From Marsupella aquatica (taxonomy: Eukaryota; Plantae; Marchantiophyta), in the NCBI GenBank assembly GCA_973895155.1, contig OZ316895.1:20164803-20228802 (forward strand): a stretch of 64,000 nt of DNA, written 5' to 3'. Below are positions 13,101 to 23,743 of the stretch, in pieces. Below the pieces are notes generated by a model. The model saw only the letters and a list, made by a program, of their open reading frames with translations, ran no database searches and was not told the DNA's origin. Every line of letters starts with the position of its first letter. The stretch's first letter is position 1. The translations under genes and the position numbers were made by a program.

Positions 13101-14950
13101 TACAGTGAAGGTGTTCACAGAGGCCAGGGGCCGACCATTTTTGAATTAGCATATAGGAACGCCGATGCTATGGGATCCATGGATGCTTACGAAAAGGCAG
13201 CAAATCTTTTGCTTGAGTCTTCAGCTAAGTATGAATTCTATAGAACAGTTCCATTACATGGCGATCTCCGAACAACATCCACGAAGAGGAAAGGGAAAGC
13301 TTCAGCTGTAATCCACGAGAATGACTCCCACAGACATGACAAGGTGTCACGCACAACAGCTTCTCCTTCAGGACTAAAAAGGCGTAATCTCTATCCTGAA
13401 TTTCGCTTCGTCAATGTTTCGGAGACTTCTGCGGACCCAGAAGTAGCAAATAATACAACTTCGGCAACACCTATCGGAGGTTGTTCTGCTAGAGTTATCC
13501 ATATTTCAGATGATGATGGTGATGATGCAAGTCGTAATGTCAATGATACCGTGAAGATGGGGACTCAACCTCAGTGTGATGTCGGGGATGACCATCGGGA
13601 TGCCCCCCAAAGGATCCCTTCCATCCGAGAGGTTGATGTTCCTTATGGGACCTGGCATCTCAGGCGGAGCGGTAGAGGTGCTGGACCTGTTTGCAACGGG
13701 TCGGTTGACCGAAGCGTTTTTGGAAGAGATGAATGTAGAAATCTCATCAAGGAGACTGGATGTAAGTCCGCGCAAGGGGGAATTGTTGGAGTCGCCATTC
13801 ATGGGTTGCGATTATCGTCTCCACATCGCCAGTTGTTGTACTTTTGTCCTAATAATAAGTGTCACAAGAGCCGAGGACACAGAACTCTAGCTCAACTACC
13901 CCCCCCACCCGAGTCGCTCAAGGTTCAGCGTGGGACTTGCCTCTCCCATCCCGAGATAGAGTTTCTGCTGGGATTAGGATTCCAGATCAGTGGACTCTCC
14001 TATGTGGATGCAAATCAAGTTGGAGAGTTCCCGTCCCCCAATCGGGTCAACCTACGAATTGATGTTAACTCATTCCCCGAACGAATTGATCTAACTAATG
14101 TGGACCGTCGGTTGAAAACTCGAAATGGTAAGGGTGCAAGACAGCGTTTCAGCAATACTCCAGAGTTGCTCAAGCGCATCGTTTCCGCTACACAAGAATA
14201 CATGAGAGTTGTCGGAAATGAGAAGGTAACTACCGGAAATGGATGGGGTTGGAGATACTTGATCGCCACTCACGAGACTGATTCACAAGTTCCGCACACA
14301 TATTGGGTGCAAATCTGTTGTTTCCCTTCGTGTTCTTGTGAAGACTTTTATAAGAGGCATACACGAGGGAAACCATACATGTCTTGTAAACATCTGCTGT
14401 GGGTGTATTTAAACAAGTTTTCACTCAACCTAGAGAAGGACGACCTTGTCAAACAGCCAATTCTGACTGTTGGGGAAGTGAGGAGTTTAATTCCGTTACA
14501 GATAGGGGACTAGTCGTTTATTGGAGATGCTAATTATAGGGTGGTGGGATGGATTACTCGAGTTTGTGGTTTCACAAATATCAATTTGTTTTCACCGAGT
14601 GAATCATAATGTTAGTGAGGTCCACAATGGTAACTTTTATGGTGTTTGAGTTTTCTGTTTACGGTTAGCAATCTCTCTAGTCTTAGGAAGTCTGCTGCAT
14701 CCTGACAGAAACATCCTACTTTCATACGTGTTAATCTATCGACAAGTTTCTATAGAGTTCACGGTTTGATCATTAAAATGACGCCAGTTTTTGGCTAGCG
14801 AGATCGCTAGTCTGATCAACGGTATCTAGGACAGGATGTGACAGGATGTTTAGGGTTTAGGGAGGGAAGTTTCCCCTGAAGTTGTTGTGGTAATACTCGA
14901 TCGAATTGATTTTCAAAGATGAACACAGTTCTATACTAGCGATATCGCTA
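7152..14950. repeat. Dispersed 14-bp palindrome TAGCGA-NN-TCGCTA (type A), confined to element A
   Basis: Copies start at 7152 (intron), 9349 (intron, 1 mismatch), 10514, 10609, 12890 (intron), 14796 and 14937. Half-sites or degenerate copies lie near both TIRs (5867, 16111). Confidence 0.9.
10801..14513 (+). pseudogene. MULE/Mutator-type transposase with GCM/WRKY-like Zn domain, DDE core and SWIM finger (element A); one premature stop, one intron
   Basis: Zn domain: WTRL...RCAGVLECQN..C...CPAK...HMGFHDH. DDE core: WVSSDVM, FIADNAEAGWIAIRNVF, DAFH, CTGAESVH. SWIM: CSCEDF...CKHL. In-frame TGA at 11872-11874; intron 12847-12938 (GTAAGT...TTGCAG). Confidence 0.88.
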
Positions 14951-15136
14951 GTCTGGGAAAGGTCCAACAGTGACTTCAAAATAAAAGTACTATGTGCGAA
15001 ATGGCATTCCGGAGAAACACATAGAAATGAAAGGACCACCCAAACTTTACTTCTCATACATATTGAAAGTACATGAGGACATGCGGTTCGCTTGTAACTA
15101 CAAAAATTTCAGTAAATCCACAACCTGACTCTACCC

Positions 15137-15565
15137 TCAGGGGCTGGACGCCTTCCATGCATCGGAGTCAGTGTCTGACTCTGAATCGTAATCCGAAGAG
15201 GCGAGGCGTTCCTCGGTCCAGTAGTCATAGATCTCCCTGTCAATCCAATACTGATCCTCTTCTGCGAGCCTCTTCCTCTTCGATACAACCTCGCGCTGTG
15301 TGGTATCCACCTTTGGCTTCGGTGGAGACTTTGCTGCTGGAATTAACTTTGGAGGAGTAGGTGTTCTCCTCAATGATGATGACGATCCAACAGATTGACC
15401 GAGTTCGGTTGGGACACTGCTGCCTGAGGAGACCTTCATAGTCTCTGCATCGGGTTTCTGCTTCGGAGGAGAGTCATCTTCAACCGGGCCATCTGTCGCC
15501 GGGTTGTAACGACGGATCTCAAGTCGCCATTTCCACTGAGGAGGATTTCTTGGAACACCAGACAT
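15137..15565 (-). CDS. Small third ORF of element A (Pro/Ser/Lys-rich, acidic tail), unknown function
   Basis: About 140 codons from MSGVPRNPPQWKWR, lying between the transposase and the right TIR. The N-terminal RNPP..W.R motif is echoed at 35035. Confidence 0.45.
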   Translation of the reverse strand: MSGVPRNPPQWKWRLEIRRYNPATDGPVEDDSPPKQKPDAETMKVSSGSSVPTELGQSVGSSSSLRRTPTPPKLIPAAKSPPKPKVDTTQREVVSKRKRLAEEDQYWIDREIYDYWTEERLASSDYDSESDTDSDAWKASSP

Positions 15566-16321
15566 TTCTTTGCACTTACGAAACCCAAACAATGATTAAA
15601 GAGAACAGGATTCAACAAATGGAAACATTATTCACGGTGGAATACGATGAATATCATGCCTTGTCGGAGAGTTCTTCCCTTAAAACAGCTCAAAGAATAG
15701 ACCCGTGCTTACCTGAACTAGATCTGGAGAGTGTTGAGAACTTGGAACACTGATAGCAGTTCCGAATGAAAGAGATCAAGTCGGAGGTGGTGGAAGTGAT
15801 CGGGAGAATGATTTGGAAGACTGGTGGTTTTTGGGCTAGCGGATTTGTTTAAGTGGACGGTTCGACGCCTTGGATTCGAGTCTGGTTCGAACGATAAGTG
15901 TCCCGTTCACTTGCAAGTGACTTAATTAGTGTCCAAACGGCCTTAATCCTCCTTTCCTTGGTAGTAATGACACGTTGATTCTTTTCACGCGGGAATCGCG
16001 AAGTACTTTTTTGTTATTACTCTTCCTCAGGTGGGAATTTTCACATGTGGAAGCCTGTACGTGGAGACCGTACCTCGTATGAGTGGCTCAATGTGTTGGC
16101 ATCATTAGACTAGCGATTTCGATGGCCTGAAGATATGTCATTTTGATCTATTGCATTCACGGGACTAGAATCGTCCATGGGTAGCCGTCTATATTTATTG
16201 ATCGAACAGGGTCTCCATGCTAGCGAGGAATATTCCAGACCTTTTTTGGGCCCCAATACAAGGTGACATCTTGCCCGTGCGAGCAAAAATTCTACTGTTT
16301 GCTCGCACGTTACAATTACCC

Positions 16322-19300
16322 TCAGATCTGTCCGTGGACTTGGCTTCATCATCAATGTACTTGCTTCGGGAAACATCATCTATATAAGGGTTCCTCATGA
16401 ACTTCTTGTCTGCTCCCCTATGAAGACGTAGACCTTTTGTTTCCCAACAAAGAGTTCTAATTTTGTCAACCCTCCTAGCGGCATTTTCAGCGTATGAGGG
16501 CAAAACAAACGGCTTCTCAGGAGTGACAATTACATTCCTAGCTAGTCTCCTCCGGAGTTGGAAACGCTTCCTCAGATTCCATTCTGACCTGATCCAGTAA
16601 AATGGAAAAACATATGAGTTTAGGAGATAAGAGAGCAAGAACCCAGAATTGTCAACAACACTTGAAAGGATAAAGAAGCTTACTGGAAGAACATTACTCG
16701 TTTGAGTCTTCGCTCTTCTCCAAAGAAATTTCCTCCTGTGTTTTCTCTGTGTCATCTCCGACGTCTCCAGAGGTACCTTCCTCTTCGTCAGAATCAAAAT
16801 TGAGAACAGATCGGAGCCTATCTTTCTTTTTGCGACCACTTAAATTGGTCGCGGGAGGAGGTAGTATTGGAACATGCCTGGGATCAAGAAGTTCTAAGAA
16901 AACCCTTGATGCGGTCTCAACAAACTCACGCCTATTTTCCAACCCAATCACGAAACGACCAGAAAAATCATCAGCAATGAATGTGCTTCCTGAACCTACA
17001 GTCCAGTCAAGGACAATATCTCCAGGAAGAGTAAAAAGCTCTATCACCGATTGCATAAAACCAACCAAAAGACAGGCGTTCCCAGCAAAATCCAACTCCG
17101 AGCAATGATCTGTCTTCAAGGTTGGGAGCCCAATCAAGTTAGAGATCGAAGGATCTTCACTTATTGATAGAGGCTTAAACCTTGGATCCTTTGGTACCTT
17201 TCCTTTTGAAGAAGTCCGACAAAATATGTCTAGCCTAAGGGTAAATACCTGCACGCATCGCACACGTTTGGCTCAAATTATCAACCAATGGGTAATGTTT
17301 TGAGAACTACAGCAAAGACTAAATTAGCGTCAGGCACTAACAATAAACAAGAGATGCAATGATCTGTACCTGAATATCGGTCTTTGCTCTGTACATGAGC
17401 ATAGACATGACGACATTGTGAGAATTGACACAATGGAACTTTTTTGACTGTTGGCATGCTAAAATGACCTGCGAGACCTGGTCATGGTCATCTGAATACA
17501 AGATCGCAAGCATGCCATCATCAGAAAGGAAAGGGTCCATCGCTTTGAAGAAAGAACTGGGAACTGTGTGGTCTGGTACATTCCACTTTCGAACCCGACA
17601 GTCCCTAAGCGTAGGTTTAAGTCCAGTAGGAAGATAGATGAATCCTGCATTGACACCAAACGATCTTTCTTTTCCTCCTCTGATTACTCCCTTTACTCGG
17701 GAACCCAACTTGATTAAGTCCTTTCCCCATTTCTCTGCATCAGTCACCCAATCTGGTTTCGCTACTTTGTTGAAAGCAATATCAATAAATTCTTGGATAC
17801 TTGTTTCCACATGCAATGCCTAGAAGATTTGCTCTTGAAGGTTCCCACATCTCTCTGAACACCAGTTCCAACGGCATCATCTCGGGAAGATTCTCTAGCT
17901 TGAATTGCCCTTTTCTTCTTCTTCTTCTTTGTACTGGTTGCATCAAGAGGGACGATCTCTTTCGCTTTGTCAATTGAAGTTACTAGGTCTGCCTGGGCAC
18001 CGGTATTGGCTTTGAAAGTCTCTGAAGTGGCATCTACTTTTGTTTCGTCGGTTGCAGCGTCAGACTTTCTCCCACCTAAAGGAAAAAGAGCAAAATTGAT
18101 TCAATGCTGAATAATAGCGCCAGACGCTGTCCAAACCAATTGAAAAAACAAACCAATAGACATAGTCATATAGTAGCGCCTGGCGCTAACCAAAATGTGA
18201 AGCTACAAGTTGAATGACAACTTACGTTTTTTGGCGGACCGCGTTGAGGTACTCGGTGCAGCAACTTTAGTTTTGCTTTGGCTCTGGGTTTGTGACTTCG
18301 ATCAACATGAACAACCGTAGTTTTGCACACCGATTGCAATTCTGCCGTCGACTTGCTCACATCACCTTCGATTCCCTGCTTCATGTCGGACACAAACTTG
18401 GGAGGGACTTGAGACTTTGAAAGCTTATGAAATGCGTCTTTCTCAATGTCTCCAAATGGAGAGTCCCATCTATCGATGTCCAAATACCAAGGACAATGAA
18501 TTCTCTCCCATTCTGATAGTTTCCTTGGTGGAAGACACCCTTCAGCGGGATACATTGAATACACGTCGGCCAGTATGTCTCCTTCGGGAACAACGATCCA
18601 CTTTTGGAAAGTAGCAGGGTATGCCCAAAAGTAATCTGGCTTCACAATCTCCATATGCATGAAGAAATGGTATAGGTATCGTTTGGCCCTCTTCTGATTC
18701 TTGAGGGTGTAGTCAGCCTTGTCGGGATACTTGGAAGGCCACATTGTATTAAAAAACTTGCCTTTCACAGCATCCCCAAATTTCTTGAAGTCATTTGAGA
18801 CTATTTCAATAAGCGATTCAATCGACTTACACTCCCACTCCTGTAACCAATTGGCGGGGACTATATCACTGATCTGGCGTAGGGAGGTTTGCAGCAAACC
18901 AATAGCGATTCCCTCCACAGTGTTCCAAGTTTGCCAGGTATGGCACCATTGCTTCACTGGATCATCATTAATGCTCTGTGGATGGAAGAATTGTTTTTCA
19001 GCTCCGGTGTCCTATGGGCAACCAGAAGGGTACTCCTCAGCTTGGGATCGAGGGCAGAGACAGCGGTAAACAATCTTGCTCGATCCATTGTACAAACAAC
19101 TGCATCCGGCTTCTTCTCTCTCTTATTCTTCTCTGTGAGGGGGTACATCTCAGCACATGTCCGCATGAAATCCTCAAAAGTAGGGCTTAACAGAGGAGTG
19201 ATTTTTGACACCTTTATCGCCCAATCCTTTGTTGCCTCCTTCATCATTGCTGCATGTCTTTTTGAAATCTCTACGGAAGACCAAGGTGTACCTTGAGTGG

Positions 19301-20400
19301 TAGCATGTTCCAGATCCATCTTAAACTGTCTAGAATAAGACTTGATCTTATTCTCACACAAGATGTATAGAAGCGCTTCTTGAGGCATTTTTTTTGTATA
19401 CCACGATCCCTTCCGTGTTTTCAGCATGATCTGCCCAAACTTCTTGAAGTTTGCAGCGTCAATGATAGACTTGTAGTAATCGAGTTCATTTGAGAGAATT
19501 CGGTTGATACGGTCTGCATCAAGTATCCAAGAGGGTTCAACCACTGCCTGCCCAAGCCTGAAAATGAGAGAGGGAGTCAGTAGCGCACGACGATAGTGAA
19601 ACACTATGACCATAGATTAGAATAGAAATATATTGGAAGAGACACTTATTGGTTAACAGTGTGCATCGCCGCCTCAATCTCGATCAAGGACCCCTTTTCT
19701 CCCTTGAATATTGTGCACTGGATGCGATGATGGTATTTCACATCATCCGGATTCTTCTTCGTGATGATGGACCATGCGTAGAGTCGATGGTTTCCATCAA
19801 ACATAGAAAACATCTTATCCTGCAAGACGGAGAAGTCAAGGTCGGCAGCACATTCCGCCTCAAACTTTTCATTCTCTATGACCCAAATTGCATCCTAGGA
19901 AGCACGAATCTCTGGCGTGTAGATCTGGACTTCACCATTGGAATCTGTTGGTTGAACGTAAAACAGCATGCCGATCTTAGAATTGTATCCAGTGCTCTGA
20001 AAGGAGTCTTTCAGCTTCTCTATCGAAGGACTTCCCTTCTGTAATGTCCGCACTACTTCCATATGAAGTAGTCGGCACATTGTAATCCTTGGCGGATCCT
20101 TGTCATGTCCTCAGAAATCTTTTCCAAACGACATAATGTGTTTGGAGATCACATCGTAAACAGTCAGCAACGTCTCTCCGAAGTCCTCCACAGTAAACGA
20201 ATCAGAATCATCCATCTTTCCTCTCTTGCTATTTGGGAATGATATAGTGGGTTGTGCTCAGGGGCTCGCCAAGCAGTGGATCGAGTCACTCGACGACTAT
20301 ACACAAATCCTAAAAATGAGCACTCAGATGTTTGCAAGGGAACGACCTCTCTGTGTCCGTTTCCACTAAAGCATTGAGAGGAGGATAAGACAGGGTCCAT
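16322..20400 (-). pseudogene. ParB/Srx + methyltransferase-like gene of element B (frameshifts and stops; 3' end split by element A)
   Basis: Homologous blocks: DGNHR (~19790), LGQAVVEPSWILDA, MDRARLFT, YSMYPAEG, HCPWYLD, AGFIYLPTG, TLPGDIVLDWTVGSGSTF..GRFVIGLE. Intron positions match copy A. Confidence 0.85.
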
Positions 20401-21019
20401 TGCTTGCACAAGGGCAAAGGAAGCACTGACAACCACCGCGCTCTTTCCGTACCGCGAACGGCAAAAACCCGTCACACAGCTTCGATTGTACTGTACTTAA
20501 CATGGGAAATAAGAAGAATCTAGAGCACAGAGCATGACATATACGCTAAGGAAACTGAACTCCTGGCCTGGATCTATGACACATATCGTTATCTTATTCG
20601 ACAACACATAAGGGGATCGATGTATTGAGGGTCACGCAACCTATAGTTACCGTTGAATATGACCGTTGAAAGGAAAACCTGAGAATATATAGAATTAATT
20701 TTTACTCACCAAATAGTAGCGCCCGACGCTAGTAATTTCCAAGGCCTAAAATCTTTAATTTTTATGTCAGTTGGGAATTCAATATAGAGCCATAAGAGGC
20801 GCTAATATGCCATTACTTTCCCCAAAATCCGGTTTTCTCGTATTTCTGATACAAAAGAAAACTAGCGCCCGACGCTAGCAAAAAAAGAAGTCTTTTCATC
20901 CTTTTGAAGCCTCATACTTGTAGTTTTTACCATTGTATACGTTCATAATATGAATGATATCAATATTAGCGTGTGGCGCTAATCATCCAAGGTCTCCGTT
21001 AGGAATTTGTTTTATGTCA

Positions 21020-21175
21020 TTTGCTTTTATTAGCGCCTGGCCTTACACATAAATTGACGTTACATGGACCCCAACCTTTTGGATTGTTATGAATAGCATC
21101 AAGCGCTGAACATAAATTGACTCTGCATGGACCTCTACTTTTGCAATGTTTTTAATAGCGCCTGGCGCTATTCAT
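21020..21175. repeat. Short tandem repeat (~63-bp unit) carrying palindromes
   Basis: TAGC.. motif + ACATAAATTGAC..CATGGACC repeated at 21031 and 21094, with a third palindrome at 21156. Confidence 0.65.
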
Positions 21176-22268
21176 CATCTGATATTTCTAGAACAAAAGG
21201 GTTCTTCCTAAATGACGTTTATCGTTAATGCCGTTGATCGTAAATGACGTTGATATAACGACAAAATACATTTATGGTGTCAGAGGATTGTCTTATTATA
21301 ACGGCTTTAGGGAACTGTTAGTCAGGATCAATGATAGTCCTCATCGGTGGAATTTTGATTCATAATTTTCCTGCGCTCATTCGCTTCTAAGGCTTCTGTG
21401 ATGTCTCAGTCAATCGTAGTTACCCATATGTCCACCGGTGACATTGTTTCCATTCCAGTGTCTGTGACCGAAAGGTACAGGCAAATAAGTGAGGTTTATC
21501 TTTGTGGAAGGTTTGATTTGCGCATGAATGACATAGAGGCAATCGTTCAGGAGGGAACGGAAGCCAATGACTTCGAATCTGTCGTAAAGGCGTAAAGGCG
21601 TAAACGTAAAGTCATAACTCCGTAAAATCATAGAGTCATAAACCCATAATGTTTTACCTGTAATGGCATCTCCTCCTTTTACGGTGGTGCCCCTTTGAAA
21701 GTGTCTCTCCCTTGATTGTTTACAACCAACTTTGGCTCGTCCTTCCTTATCTGAGTCTTCTATTTTGATTTTGCAATATTGTTCTAGCTAATTCTTGTAT
21801 GGAGATAAGGATATACTCTTCTCCAGTAACTCTACCATTTAACTTTAAAATAACCAGATGCAAAACTCCTCCTCCCCACCAGGTAATACTTAACCAATGA
21901 ACACCCCTCCTCCTCTTAGGGACAGTACCCATGTTTGAACATACCAATTATGCAAATTCCTTACTCTCAAAGTGCCTAAAGACCTGATCAGAGGCATTTC
22001 AATTATTTTGCCAAATTGCTTATTCAAAGTTAGAATCAAGGTTTTAATTTGGGGAAATCCCCCCTTCTGTTGTCCTCTTTTATGCTGAGGTCCGGTAGTT
22101 ATTCAACAAATTTTCTAGAGTGTCCAGGGCATCCACCCAAGGGTGTTCAACAATGTGTAATTTTTCCAACACCTCCTTGATTCTCAGTTCTTCTTCTCCA
22201 GTAACCCAGTTACTAATTTGACCATTCTTGCTTATTACAAATTCTAAATCATGTTCTTCCTTAATGGG

Positions 22269-22940
22269 CTACAACTTATATTCCTCATCATCAATCCAAA
22301 CTCTCTTAAAGACTATTACATCAGTCAATTTAGAACATTGAGGGAGGGTGGAGGTCCATGTAAAGGATGCTCTTTCTGTACTTGAATCCCTCCATTTTAA
22401 CAAAGCCCATCCACTTCTGGCTTGCCATTTACAAGTGTCAACCAGCTCCCTTCTATTGGAGGTCATAACCGGTCTTTCCTCCCGAAGTATTAAATTGGGA
22501 TTATCCTGATAAAACTCTATTAAAACATAATCAAGTTGGTTCCTCCATAAGGGATCCCCCTTTAATCTTGCCAATGCTTTCCTTAATTGATACTCAAGTT
22601 CCTCCTCCAATATTTCCTCCTTAATGTCATGTTCTTTTAGTAAGGGGGAAATAAAATTGGCATCAAATTCATCATCTTGAGTGGCTTCAATCAATTCCAG
22701 TCTTCCATCTATGGCTCTTCTGAAAACAAATACACAATCATACAGAATATTGGTGTCCCACGAGTCAACCTTCACCAATTCGCCACCCCAAAAGTAGCTT
22801 CCTCCTCCTTGGTTGGACGCTTGCCTTCTCAAAATAGTTGTTCTATCTCGTGCAGTGGCATTGATAATCGTGTGTGTTTGATTATCCCTAGACCTAATTA
22901 AGGCTCTCTCTCTTTTCTGAGGCCTGCTCTTTCTTACCAT
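22269..22940 (-). CDS. Unknown ORF just downstream of the PBS (retroelement 5' ORF)
   Basis: 223-codon ORF with no recognisable motif. Confidence 0.35.
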   Translation of the reverse strand: MVRKSRPQKRERALIRSRDNQTHTIINATARDRTTILRRQASNQGGGSYFWGGELVKVDSWDTNILYDCVFVFRRAIDGRLELIEATQDDEFDANFISPLLKEHDIKEEILEEELEYQLRKALARLKGDPLWRNQLDYVLIEFYQDNPNLILREERPVMTSNRRELVDTCKWQARSGWALLKWRDSSTERASFTWTSTLPQCSKLTDVIVFKRVWIDDEEYKL

Positions 22941-23230
22941 TATCTTTCTCTAAAAAACATTCCCTTGCTAAGCACCACTTAATCTTTCCTACTTGGCCTT
23001 AGCTTTCCTCTTTCTTTCCAAAATTGTGGCAGGATTTTCTCCTACAATCCTTTCCCTAAATGCCTCTAGTGCATTTTTCACTGTATAAGGTTGAATTTCT
23101 AGCCTTGGAATTGCCCATTCTCCATTAGGTTCCATGGTGGCAATCACCCTTATTTTATTCCATCATCTTTACTGAACTCAAACCTTCTTTTGGCATTCAC
23201 TACCTGTACTTCAAACCTTCCTTGATTTGT

Positions 23231-23248
23231 TCCCCGGCAGCGGTGCCA
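23231..23248 (-). promoter_or_regulatory. Primer-binding site TGGCACCGCTGCCGGGGA
   Basis: Close to the TGGCGCCGTTGCCGGGGA (tRNA-Asp type) PBS of Athila/Tat-related gypsy elements. Confidence 0.7.
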
Positions 23249-23743
23249 AAAATCTCATGTAGTTTGAGAGGTGACATTGTTCCAGATTCTCTGTTTCTCA
23301 GCTAATGAACTCGTTGAAACAAGGGTAACCTTGGGCTCTCGAGGAAGGTAAGCGTTATGGGGAGAAGTAGATTTCTTACTCTGCATGAGAAAAGAAACCA
23401 CAAAATCTAGGGCATAAGCTGCCAAATTTCCAAAATATGCTAGAACTAAATCTGGATCCTCCACCTCTACATCACCCTGAAGTAGCATCACAGCAAGAAT
23501 GGGCCGGAAATAGAGAGAGTTAGTCCAGAACTCATCAAATTGTGCCATCTCCAATCTGGAAGTTCCAAAACACCTGAGGTCGAAGATATAACTGGCCTCT
23601 GTCTTCTTGAGATAGTAGTATTTCCAGAACTCTCCAACCGGTGGTCTGTTGGCCTGCATAATCTTACAGGTCTCCACATACCTGTGCACTTGGGACTCTG
23701 GATGTCTCGGGTATCTACTCTCGATGGTGGCATTCCGGGGTGT

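Larger units (their letters stand above)
5831..16321 (+). mobile_element. MULE element A, structurally complete (10,491 bp)
   Basis: Perfect 9-bp TSD TCAGATCTG (5822-5830, 16322-16330). Short imperfect TIRs: GAGGTATTCTATTGTGCGAGCAAACAG versus reverse complement GGGTAATTGTAACGTGCGAGCAAACAG (21/27 identical). Confidence 0.92.

Noticed and set aside
23255-23689. 144-aa ORF as an independent gene
   Set aside because: No recognisable motif; it may be a broken continuation of the 23744 ORF.
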